Assembly: GCF_024223415.1 (NCBI RefSeq) | Contig: NZ_CP100500.1 | Length of the DNA stretch: 64,000 nt | Direction: 5' to 3' (one strand) | From: Escherichia coli | GTDB lineage: Bacteria; Pseudomonadota; Gammaproteobacteria; Enterobacterales; Enterobacteriaceae | Shown here: positions 31,063 through 38,850 of the stretch, in pieces | Layout of the letters: each line of letters starts with the position of its first letter | How positions within the stretch are numbered: position 1 is the stretch's first letter | The notes under the pieces: model-generated | Told to the model about the DNA's origin: nothing | Seen by the model: only the letters and a program-made list of their open reading frames with translations | Database searches by the model: none | Made by a program: the position numbers and the translations under genes

Positions 31063-31200
31063 AGGGGAGTATATGACACATAAAACAAAGGCGACCGGGG
31101 GCGGTCGCCAATGGGAAAACACTAAACATAAGCCCGGCCATCATAGCGATTTGCTGGCTGGTGGGCAATGTGTCCAGTGTGGTGGCTTGCTGGTGGATTG

Positions 31201-31428
31201 TCAGCCAGGCGGTCGGTTTTTGCCGGATTTAAGCCGCCGTGGGTATTTATCGACAAAATCTTCAAGGGCAAATTTTTCTGGTGGCACTAAGCGCGGCGCT
31301 GGTGGTGGTATTTTTGTTCTGGTTAGTTCTTCCTCAAGTCTGGCGCAGGCTTCTGACTGCCTTTGCCGGATGATTTCATCATCTTGCGTTTGCGTGTCTT
31401 GTATTGGTGATAGTGTGTTGTTGGTCAT
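31201..31428 (-). CDS. Hypothetical protein, second gene of leftward operon
   Basis: 75-aa ORF downstream of the RHH-like gene on the minus strand, followed by a hairpin at 31094-31112. Confidence 0.45.
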   Translation of the reverse strand: MTNNTLSPIQDTQTQDDEIIRQRQSEACARLEEELTRTKIPPPAPRLVPPEKFALEDFVDKYPRRLKSGKNRPPG

Positions 31429-31485
31429 GATACTGCCCTGTAAAGCAATGCGCCGTAGTACCTCACACCACGGCGCTGATAGTGA

Positions 31486-31683
31486 TTATTCTGATTCTTT
31501 GGCCTTGCGGCGCTGTTCATATTTTAATTTGCGTCCACAGGCATCTAAGACCCATGCGGAAAAATTAGCACTAGGATTAGTTAATTTTTCTTGTTCAACG
31601 CTGGCATCAATCCCATCTATAAGCTCATGTGGGAATCGAATATTTTTCTTTGCTGATTTGTTGTTTGTGTTACCACTAGACAT
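31486..31683 (-). CDS. Putative ribbon-helix-helix DNA-binding protein, candidate island repressor
   Basis: 65-aa ORF; N-terminal KKNIRFPHELIDGID resembles the beta-strand/helix of CopG/Arc-type RHH proteins; divergent from rightward operon. Confidence 0.45.
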   Translation of the reverse strand: MSSGNTNNKSAKKNIRFPHELIDGIDASVEQEKLTNPSANFSAWVLDACGRKLKYEQRRKAKESE

Positions 31684-31710
31684 TGATGCACCTCACTTAA
31701 ATGGACTTTA

Positions 31711-31790
31711 TGGGCGCACACAATACAGCAAAAAAAGTGAGAAGTTAAGTATTGACATGTGCGCACACATGATTCTAATCTGTGCGCACA
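31711..31790. promoter_or_regulatory. Divergent promoter/operator region with three copies of palindrome TGTGCGCACA
   Basis: tgggcgcaca (31711-31720), tgtgcgcaca (31758-31767), tgtgcgcaca (31781-31790); TTGACA at 31752-31757 immediately precedes the second site. Confidence 0.55.
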
Positions 31791-31882
31791 GTTTGGGTTG
31801 CATTGCTCAAATTAAGCAACGCCCCGCAGTGCTCGCAACACATGCAGGGCGTCTAACCAAACCGTTAATAGGAGTAACGATT

Positions 31883-32083
31883 ATGGCTGGAACACAGCAT
31901 ACCCCACGCCTTGCGCACACACAAACCGCCTTTGTGTGGCGTTTTCTGGCACTGAGTGCCGGAGAATCTCAAATTATCCACGTAACCGCCTGGACGGAAC
32001 GCGAAGCGCGTAACCGTTGCCCGTCCGGTTGTGTCGCTGTATTCGCCGCCCGTATCCGTCAGGGGGAAACCTATGCACAATAA
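31883..32083 (+). CDS. Small protein, possibly Icd-like (host cell division inhibitor family)
   Basis: 67-aa ORF with good RBS (aggag), first gene of rightward operon; family assignment from memory of similar small P4-like proteins, weak. Confidence 0.4.
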   Translation: MAGTQHTPRLAHTQTAFVWRFLALSAGESQIIHVTAWTEREARNRCPSGCVAVFAARIRQGETYAQ

Positions 32084-32303
32084 AACAACACCGGACGCAG
32101 CAGAAGAAGCAATGCAAATACTGATACGTGCGCTCGTTGATGTTACCCACATGGTGGAGATTATGGAGAGAAAATCACAGTCGGAGCACGACAAAAGAAA
32201 ACTTAAAACAATAAAAATAATTGCCAAAAACTCGCTGATAAAAGTTACAGACATCCTTAATGAGGACATTAAAAGAATCAGGGAGAAAGTGTGTGATGCA
32301 TAA
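32073..32303 (+). CDS. Hypothetical protein
   Basis: 76-aa ORF, start overlaps upstream stop, RBS ggggga. Confidence 0.45.
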   Translation: MHNKTTPDAAEEAMQILIRALVDVTHMVEIMERKSQSEHDKRKLKTIKIIAKNSLIKVTDILNEDIKRIREKVCDA

Positions 32304-32523
32304 AATACCTTTTGATGTTCTTATTCATTCTGAAAACGCATTAATCCGTGCAAAGGAAATGGACGCATTACTACTTAAGTTAATTGATGTGCCGGAAAGT
32401 GGCGATGAATCTGATTCAATAATGTTTTCTGCCGTGCGTACGCTATTAACGCATGTTATTAATGAATTAAATACAGTGATGGCAATTCACGAGAATAATA
32501 AAGCGCAGCACACCGGAGAATAA
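32296..32523 (+). CDS. Hypothetical protein
   Basis: 75-aa ORF, start overlaps upstream stop, RBS gggaga. Confidence 0.45.
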   Translation: MHKIPFDVLIHSENALIRAKEMDALLLKLIDVPESGDESDSIMFSAVRTLLTHVINELNTVMAIHENNKAQHTGE

Positions 32524-32528
32524 AAACC

Positions 32529-32828
32529 ATGAAAAATAAAAATTCTGGCGTTAATGCCAGCGGCCCCGCTCGGCCTGAATTTATGAACGGCGATATTTAC
32601 CGCGACCAGTACGGCGGCACGGTAACGATTAAAGGCGTGGAGGAACGGCGCATCACTTACCGCCGTGAAGGCTACGAATATGATTGCGTGATGCCTGTTT
32701 ATCAGTTCCGGCGTGATTTTTCTCTGGTACAGGCAGCGCCCCGCAGTAAACCAACCAGCAGGGAGAAAGCACGCGCCAATATTCAGGAAATAAAAAAGAT
32801 GCTTAACGTATTCAGGGGTAAAAAATGA
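32529..32828 (+). CDS. Hypothetical protein
   Basis: 99-aa ORF, ATGA-coupled to the primase gene. Confidence 0.45.
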   Translation: MKNKNSGVNASGPARPEFMNGDIYRDQYGGTVTIKGVEERRITYRREGYEYDCVMPVYQFRRDFSLVQAAPRSKPTSREKARANIQEIKKMLNVFRGKK

Positions 32829-34573
32829 AACTGGCACCGAACGTAAAAAAACAGCCGCGTGGAATAAAACACAAAGACACAGAGGTGATTATCTTTGCGG
32901 GTAGTGATGCCTGGGCGCACGCGAAACAGTGGCAGGAACAGGACGGCCCCGCATCCGGCGATGATGTGCCGCCTGTGTGGCTCGGGCCAAATCAGCTTGC
33001 TGAACTGGATGCACTGAAAATTGTACCGGAGGGAAAAAAACGCGTAAGGCTGTACAGGGCCGGAGAACTGGATTTGGTGGAGACCAAAAAGATTGGTCAG
33101 AAGCTGGCGGCGGCAGATATTCAGGATGCGAATTTTTACTCTGAAGGAATGCACGGCCAGAAGGTGCAGAACTGGCGGCGCTATCTGAGTGCTGAGCGTG
33201 AAAATATTGCCGCAGGGCTTACCATGCCGGAACAGAAAAAAGCACAACTTTCACAGATGGCAGACAGTGAACGGGCACAGCTTCTTTCTTCCCGCTTTGA
33301 TGGTGTCTGCGTCCATGCAGAAAGTGAAATCGTTCACGTATGGCGCGGCGGGGTATGGTGTCCGGTCAGCACAATGGAACTTAGCCGCGAAATGGTGGCG
33401 ATCTATTCAGAGCACAGGGCCACTTTCAGCAAGCGCGTAATCAATAACGCCGTGGAAGCGTTAAAAGTTATTGCCGAACCAATGGGCGAGCCGTCCGGCG
33501 ATTTGCTGCCGTTCGCCAATGGTGCGCTTGACCTGAAAACGGGGGAATTTTCCCCGCACACGCCGGAGAACTGGATCACCACGCACAACGGCATTGAGTA
33601 CACGCCACCAGCACCAGGGGAGAATATCTGCGACAACGCGCCAAACTTTCATAAATGGCTTGAGCACGCAGCCGGAAAAGACCCGCGCAAGATGATGCGT
33701 ATATGTGCCGCGCTGTACATGATTATGGCGAACCGGTACGACTGGCAGATGTTTATTGAGGCCACCGGAGACGGCGGGAGCGGCAAAAGTACATTCACAC
33801 ACATAGCCAGCCTTCTGGCAGGGAAACAGAACACGGTAAGCGCTGAGATGACATCGCTTGATGATGCTGGTGGGCGTGCGCAGGTTGTCGGGAGTCGGCT
33901 TATTGTCCTGGCAGACCAGCCGAAATATACAGGCGAAGGAACGGGCATCAAGAAAATCACGGGCGGAGACCCCGTGGAAATAAACCCGAAATATGAGAAG
34001 CGTTTTACGGCGGTAATCAGGGCGGTGGTGCTGGCTACCAACAATAACCCGATGATATTCACCGAACGGGCCGGAGGTGTGTCACGTCGTCGCGTAATTT
34101 TCCGTTTCGACAATATCGTCAGTGAGGCTGAAAAAGACAGGGAGCTACCGGAAAAGATTGCGGCTGAAATCCCTGTCATTATCCGCCGCTTGCTGGCGAA
34201 CTTTGCCGACCCTGAAAAGGCACGGGCTTTACTCATTGAACAGCGAGACGGTGATGAAGCTCTGGCAATAAAGCAACAGACGGATCCGGTTATTGAGTTT
34301 TGCCAGTTTCTGAATTTTCTGGAGGAAGCGCGCGGCCTGATGATGGGCGGCGGCGGTGACTCTTCCAGGTACACGACCAGAAACAGCCTTTACCGCGTCT
34401 ATCTGGCGTTTATGGCGTATGCAGGCAGGAGCAAACCGCTAAACGTAAATGACTTTGGCAAGGCTATGAAGCCAGCGGCGAAAGTTTACGGACATGAATA
34501 TATAACGCGCAGGATTAAAGGGTTTACGCAAACCAACGTGACAACAACAGACGACTGCGACGCGTTTTTATAA
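32825..34573 (+). CDS. Phage/plasmid primase, P4 family (NTPase/helicase domain)
   Basis: 582-aa ORF with Walker A GDGGSGKST and D5/P4-alpha-like C-terminal NTPase architecture. Confidence 0.8.
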   Translation: MKLAPNVKKQPRGIKHKDTEVIIFAGSDAWAHAKQWQEQDGPASGDDVPPVWLGPNQLAELDALKIVPEGKKRVRLYRAGELDLVETKKIGQKLAAADIQDANFYSEGMHGQKVQNWRRYLSAERENIAAGLTMPEQKKAQLSQMADSERAQLLSSRFDGVCVHAESEIVHVWRGGVWCPVSTMELSREMVAIYSEHRATFSKRVINNAVEALKVIAEPMGEPSGDLLPFANGALDLKTGEFSPHTPENWITTHNGIEYTPPAPGENICDNAPNFHKWLEHAAGKDPRKMMRICAALYMIMANRYDWQMFIEATGDGGSGKSTFTHIASLLAGKQNTVSAEMTSLDDAGGRAQVVGSRLIVLADQPKYTGEGTGIKKITGGDPVEINPKYEKRFTAVIRAVVLATNNNPMIFTERAGGVSRRRVIFRFDNIVSEAEKDRELPEKIAAEIPVIIRRLLANFADPEKARALLIEQRDGDEALAIKQQTDPVIEFCQFLNFLEEARGLMMGGGGDSSRYTTRNSLYRVYLAFMAYAGRSKPLNVNDFGKAMKPAAKVYGHEYITRRIKGFTQTNVTTTDDCDAFL

Positions 34574-34597
34574 TTTTTTGTAATTGCTGTCTACCCT

Positions 34598-34815
34598 GTC
34601 TACCTGAGTAAAGAAAAATACATTTAATTCAGTGCATTAAGTTAGGTAGATAGCCTTTTTTTACTGTCTACCCACTATCTACCCTCTCTACCTGATTTTA
34701 CCAGAATCAGACAGGGAGGTAGACACGGGGTAGATAGTGGATAAAAGCACTCTACCCCGCTGAAAGCCGCGCCATTACTGGCATGAGGGCCACTAAGGTA
34801 GGTAAGGTAGACAAG
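34598..34815. repeat. Iteron cluster, putative island replication origin
   Basis: Many direct and inverted copies of GTCTACC/TCTACCC/GGTAGA motifs immediately downstream of the primase gene. Confidence 0.6.
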
Positions 34816-34861
34816 GGGAGGCACAACTCAAAACTTTTTAAACGAGGGGGTAAAAATAAAA

Positions 34862-35119
34862 ATGCACACATCAGAAAAATTTAACAATCAGAAGAAATCA
34901 CATAACCGCGCCATTGACCTTACAGAGCACTGGCTGAGGGTGGCGATAAAAATCATCGACCGCAACGCGGGAGAAGGATACGCGAAAGCACATCCCGAAC
35001 TGATAAGCGCATTCATGACCACAGCGGCGGCAAACTTTGCCACGTTGACAGAACGGGAGATTGCCGAAGCGGAACAGGTGACAACCATCAATGTTAAAAC
35101 CGGAGAGCAGACAGCATGA
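34862..35119 (+). CDS. Hypothetical protein
   Basis: 85-aa ORF, ATGA-coupled to ssb. Confidence 0.45.
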   Translation: MHTSEKFNNQKKSHNRAIDLTEHWLRVAIKIIDRNAGEGYAKAHPELISAFMTTAAANFATLTEREIAEAEQVTTINVKTGEQTA

Positions 35120-35526
35120 CAGCACAGATAGCGGCTTACGGGCGGCTGGTGGACGACCCGCAGACAAAACAGACCAGCAAGGGAACACCGATGACGCTGG
35201 CACGTATGGCGGTATCGCTGCCATGCAGCCAGGCACAGGATGGACAGGCGACGTTATGGCTATCGGTCATCGCATTTGGTAAGCAGGCCGACTTCCTGGC
35301 TAAACATCAAAAAGGCGACGTTGCCAGCGTATCCGGCACGATGCAGGTCAGCCAGTGGACCGGACAGAACGGGGAAACGCGGCAGGGTTATCAGGTTATT
35401 GCAGACAGCGTAATCAGTGCCCGTGCGGCACGTCCTGGCGGGAACAGACGCAAAACCACAGGCACACAGGGTAATCAGCCACCAGCGGGAGGCGATGACC
35501 CTTACGGTGATGATATTCCGTTCTGA
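35116..35526 (+). CDS. ssb: Single-stranded DNA-binding protein
   Basis: OB-fold-like N-terminus, Gly/Pro-rich linker and acidic C-terminal tail ending DDIPF. Confidence 0.8.
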   Translation: MTAQIAAYGRLVDDPQTKQTSKGTPMTLARMAVSLPCSQAQDGQATLWLSVIAFGKQADFLAKHQKGDVASVSGTMQVSQWTGQNGETRQGYQVIADSVISARAARPGGNRRKTTGTQGNQPPAGGDDPYGDDIPF

Positions 35527-35536
35527 GGGGGTGACG

Positions 35537-35809
35537 ATGGTACATGACCGGATAGCGGAGGAACTGGAGGCGAAAGGATTTTACCGGAGGGCGGCCGCGC
35601 GATGGGGTGAAGTTATGAGGCTGGTGAGCACTGACAAGGAGCGCGAACAGGTGGCAATGCGACGGCTGGAATGTTCACAGAAGGCACAGAGGCCACCGGA
35701 GCCGCCGGATGATTTAGGCGCTCTGAAAAGGTCAGTTAATCGCACTGAAAAACAAATGGGGATAGCTGGTATTGGCAAAGCAATATGGCGCAACTACCCG
35801 CAGAAGTGA
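35537..35809 (+). CDS. Small putative transcriptional regulator, PerC-like
   Basis: 90-aa ORF; resemblance to PerC-family prophage regulators is from memory and weak. Confidence 0.4.
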   Translation: MVHDRIAEELEAKGFYRRAAARWGEVMRLVSTDKEREQVAMRRLECSQKAQRPPEPPDDLGALKRSVNRTEKQMGIAGIGKAIWRNYPQK

Positions 35810-35815
35810 GCACAC

Positions 35816-35839
35816 AGCCGGAGCAATCCGGCTTTTTTG
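35816..35839 (+). terminator. Intrinsic terminator
   Basis: agccggagcaatccggc followed by TTTTTT. Confidence 0.6.
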
Positions 35840-35843
35840 CACC

Positions 35844-35887
35844 CAAAAAAAGCCCGATAAGTACAGGAGGCATCTTATCGGGCTTTT
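35844..35887. terminator. Second hairpin, bidirectional-looking
   Basis: A-run, stem gcccgataag...cttatcgggc, T-run. Confidence 0.55.
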
Positions 35888-35966
35888 GCATATGAGGTTT
35901 TTTTTGGTGCACTGACACACATGATCGGGATAATCATTTCATAATTTGCAACGTAACTCAATATTG

Positions 35967-36015
35967 TTGCGCAAAATGCAATCATGATTATAATCAGGAC
36001 TGGATGAACATCCAG
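35967..36015 (+). promoter_or_regulatory. Sigma70-like promoter with downstream dyad operator ahead of the capsid operon
   Basis: TTGCGC (35967-35972), 16-bp spacer, TATAAT (35989-35994), then perfect dyad ctggatgaacatccag (36000-36015). Confidence 0.5.
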
Positions 36016-36050
36016 TTATGATTTTTTAAGTCAAAGAGGAATTTCTGACT

Positions 36051-36257
36051 ATGGCAGAAGAGAAAAAAGGCGGGGTGACGGTCTACATAAGCCCCGACAT
36101 CGTGGAGGCGCTCAAGGAACGCCACCAGCAGAATGTAAAAGCAGGCATTGCGGCAGGACTTGATCCGCTGGCGATGGTTGAGCCGTCAACAGGCTGGCAG
36201 GTGCGTACCTATTTACGTGCGGCGCTGGGTATCAATCAGGTTCACGGAGGTGAATAA
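36051..36257 (+). CDS. Hypothetical small protein, first gene of capsid operon
   Basis: 68-aa ORF with RBS, stop overlaps capsid gene start. Confidence 0.45.
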   Translation: MAEEKKGGVTVYISPDIVEALKERHQQNVKAGIAAGLDPLAMVEPSTGWQVRTYLRAALGINQVHGGE

Positions 36258-37312
36258 TGACAGGCAAAGCAACGGCACTTACAACTAACCAGCTTTTCGC
36301 GTACCTGAATCGCGGGGATATTTCGGAATTAAAATTCAGTCCGCTGTTTACCACGCTGTTTTTCCCGAACGTGGCGACCTTCAACACCCAAAACATCATG
36401 CTGGACACCCTGGACATTGAAGAGGTTACGATGTCAGCGTTCTGTTCGCCTATGGTGGGTAGTCAGGTCCAGCGCGATAAAGGGTACGAAACCAGCACAA
36501 TCAAACCTGGCTACATGAAGCCAAAGCACGAAATCGATCCAACAAAGACCATCATGCGCATGGCTGGAGAAGATCCGGCACAGCTTAACGACCCAACCTA
36601 TCGCCGTATGCGCCTGATTACTGGCAACATGCGCCGCCAGGTAAACGCCATTAAAGCGCGTGTTGAATGGCTGGCGGTGAATGCGGTAACGACCGGAAAA
36701 AACATCATTGAGGGCGAAGGCATAGAACGCTATGAAATCGACTGGAAAATACCGGAAAACTGCATCATACAGCAGGCCAGTGGTAAAAAATGGTCCCAGC
36801 AGGATAAAGACATGCACGACCCAATCTATGACATCGAGCTTTATGCTGATCAGGCAGGTTGCCCCGCCAACGTCATGATTATGGGCGGTGAGGTATGGCG
36901 CACATTACGCAGCTTTAAAAAATTCCGTGAACTGTACGATCTTTCCCGTGGATCAGAATCCGCCGCCGAGCTGGCCTGTAAAAACCTGGGCGAAGTGGTG
37001 AGCTTTAAAGGCTATCTTGGTGATCTGGCCCTTATCGTCTATTCCGGCAAATACACTGACAGCGACGGCACCGAAAAATATTTCCTTGAGCCTGATTTGC
37101 TGGTCCTGGGTAACACCAATAATAAAGGGCTGGTGGCATATGGTGCGATTATGGATCAGGAAGCGGTAAGAACGGGCGCAACGCAAAACATGTACTACCC
37201 GAAAAACTGGATTGAGGACGGCGATCCGGCGATTGAGTACGTGCAGACGCACAGCGCACCGCAGCCGGTACCGGCAGATATTCGCAAATTTGTTACCGTC
37301 AAAATTGCTTAA
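36257..37312 (+). CDS. Major capsid protein, lambda gpE-like
   Basis: Clear blocks of similarity to lambda gpE from memory: KFSPLFTTLFF, KPGYMKPKHEIDP, EDPAQLNDPTYRRMR, YSGKY, YPKNWIEDGDPA. Confidence 0.85.
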   Translation: MTGKATALTTNQLFAYLNRGDISELKFSPLFTTLFFPNVATFNTQNIMLDTLDIEEVTMSAFCSPMVGSQVQRDKGYETSTIKPGYMKPKHEIDPTKTIMRMAGEDPAQLNDPTYRRMRLITGNMRRQVNAIKARVEWLAVNAVTTGKNIIEGEGIERYEIDWKIPENCIIQQASGKKWSQQDKDMHDPIYDIELYADQAGCPANVMIMGGEVWRTLRSFKKFRELYDLSRGSESAAELACKNLGEVVSFKGYLGDLALIVYSGKYTDSDGTEKYFLEPDLLVLGNTNNKGLVAYGAIMDQEAVRTGATQNMYYPKNWIEDGDPAIEYVQTHSAPQPVPADIRKFVTVKIA

Positions 37313-37323
37313 CGGGGGATTCT

Positions 37324-37659
37324 ATGGACGCTCCATATATTGAGTTATTTGCAGGCAGCCAGCAGGTATCCACGACGCTGGTACATTTTGCCGCTGATGC
37401 TGGCGTTATTCAGGAATTTACCCCGCTGATGCTGGCAGACAATGGCGAGTTTAAGGCGTGGGATGGTCAGGAATCTGGCAAAGCTGTTTATCTGACTTCG
37501 CACCCCGTGGACACGTCAAAGCAGAAATCAGCACAGTGTTACAAAACGGGGATATTCAATATTGCCGCCGTTAACTGGCCTGACAGCGTCGACACCGATG
37601 CGAAAAAATGCGCCGCCTTTGCGGGTTCCGGCGTATCCGTTCAGCCGCTGGCCCGATAA
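37324..37659 (+). CDS. Head decoration protein, lambda gpD-like
   Basis: Similarity to lambda gpD blocks: TPLMLADNGEFKAWDG and YKTG.F....WPDSVDTDAKKCAAFAGSGVSV. Confidence 0.75.
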   Translation: MDAPYIELFAGSQQVSTTLVHFAADAGVIQEFTPLMLADNGEFKAWDGQESGKAVYLTSHPVDTSKQKSAQCYKTGIFNIAAVNWPDSVDTDAKKCAAFAGSGVSVQPLAR

Positions 37660-37671
37660 GCAGGGGGAACG

Positions 37672-38085
37672 ATGGCAACGAATGAAAGTATCATGACGCT
37701 ACCGCTGGCGAGTAAATTTAAAGCCGAAGCGCGGGCAATGGCTGACAGAGGTTTATCAACCTACGAGGCCATACACCGACTAAACAAACTGGAAGAACAG
37801 GACAAGCCGCGCGCTGATGCGATTATGGCGCTTCATGAATCTGACGACTACCAGCCGCTGTTACGTGCAATGGCTAACGTGCCTTGTATCGATGTTGGTA
37901 CGGCTAAAAGCATCCTTAGCATGACCATAGAGCAGGAACGCCCGAAGGTTGCACCAGAGCTTACTTCAGCCTTTGAAAACTTTATGGACATGCACAGCCC
38001 GAAAGCCGTATCAGCTGGCATGGCATACGATGGCAGAACCCCGTGCGATGACGGCGACATCGACCGCATACTGAAAACCATCTGA
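37672..38085 (+). CDS. Hypothetical head-module protein
   Basis: 137-aa ORF directly after the decoration gene; no motif recognised. Confidence 0.45.
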   Translation: MATNESIMTLPLASKFKAEARAMADRGLSTYEAIHRLNKLEEQDKPRADAIMALHESDDYQPLLRAMANVPCIDVGTAKSILSMTIEQERPKVAPELTSAFENFMDMHSPKAVSAGMAYDGRTPCDDGDIDRILKTI

Positions 38086-38090
38086 GACAA

Positions 38091-38116
38091 GGCCGGAGAA
38101 ATCCGGCTTTTTTTGC
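38091..38116 (+). terminator. Intrinsic terminator after capsid operon
   Basis: aggccggagaaatccggc followed by TTTTTTT; near-duplicate of the hairpin at 35816. Confidence 0.6.
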
Positions 38117-38200
38117 GGGTCCTTTCCGGCATGTGGACCCGTTACGGGGCGTCGACCTCGCACGTTTTCGCTATTTATGACGTTTTTCCGTGAAGGTGAC
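38115..38200 (+). other. Lambda-like cos site (cosQ-cosN-proximal cosB), copy 1, upstream of terS-like gene
   Basis: gggtcctttccgg...gttacg GGGCGTCGACCT cgcacgttttcgctatttatga closely resembles remembered lambda cos (gggtcctttccgg...gttacg GGGCGGCGACCT cgcgggttttcgctatttatgaaaa). Confidence 0.7.
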
Positions 38201-38247
38201 ACCACCACCACTTGATTAATATTTAACCATGTAGTTAAGGTAACATT

Positions 38248-38682
38248 ATGATTGATAAAGCTTGTTTTGTAAGTCAGCAGGAAATAGCTGAACATTTCAA
38301 TGTTAACAGAACCACTATTCGCGCATGGACCAAACAGGGGATGCCGTATCTTAATGCGGATCGCGGAAAGTCTGGCGGTTATCACATCGGGCATACATTG
38401 TTTTGGTATTCAGGTAAAAGCCATCTTCAGACCATCGGATATCACGTAGAAACCAGTGCGCTGGAAAAAATTATGTTTGCCAGGCTGCTTTCATCTGAGC
38501 GTGACGAGTACTCCAGTGAAGAAACAGAACATCGATTTGATGAAGGTTTGCAGATTTACGGCTATTCACCGGAAGATGTGAGCAAGGCACGAAATAAAAT
38601 GGCTGGCTTTCTGGCTGGGTGGCGTCATGCCGTAAGCGTTCGCCGTGCCAGCATGGAGCAATCAGCCGATACAGAACAGTAA
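38248..38682 (+). CDS. Terminase small subunit-like protein (Nu1-like winged-helix N-terminus)
   Basis: N-terminus QQEIAEHFNVNRTTIRAWTKQGMPYL parallels lambda Nu1 KKQLADIFGASIRTIQNWQEQGMPVL; C-terminal part is divergent. Confidence 0.7.
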   Translation: MIDKACFVSQQEIAEHFNVNRTTIRAWTKQGMPYLNADRGKSGGYHIGHTLFWYSGKSHLQTIGYHVETSALEKIMFARLLSSERDEYSSEETEHRFDEGLQIYGYSPEDVSKARNKMAGFLAGWRHAVSVRRASMEQSADTEQ

Positions 38683-38714
38683 AGCCGATAACTTGTTAAT
38701 CACGCGCAGCAATG

Positions 38715-38850
38715 CGTGTGATTTTTGCACACTTCCGGTTAACGGGTACGATGTCCGGTTTGTTTGTACATTTTTTGCACATGTCCGGTTCGCAGAAAGC
38801 ATGTTTTTATATTTTTCAGATAGTTAACTTGCAGAGAAACCGGACATGGA
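38715..38850. repeat. Direct and inverted repeats TTTTTGCACA..TCCGGTT / AACCGGACATGG downstream of terS-like gene
   Basis: tttttgcacacttccggtt (~38722), ttttttgcacatgtccggtt (~38771), aaccggacatgg (38838-38849). Confidence 0.6.

Noticed and set aside
31073-32083. 336-aa plus-strand ORF spanning the island regulatory region
   Set aside because: Low-complexity translation that overlaps two better-supported minus-strand genes and the operator region; only its last 67 codons (from ATG at 31883 with a good RBS) look like a real gene.
33649-34374. 241-aa minus-strand ORF
   Set aside because: Antisense within the primase gene; Ser/Ala/Arg-rich low-complexity translation.
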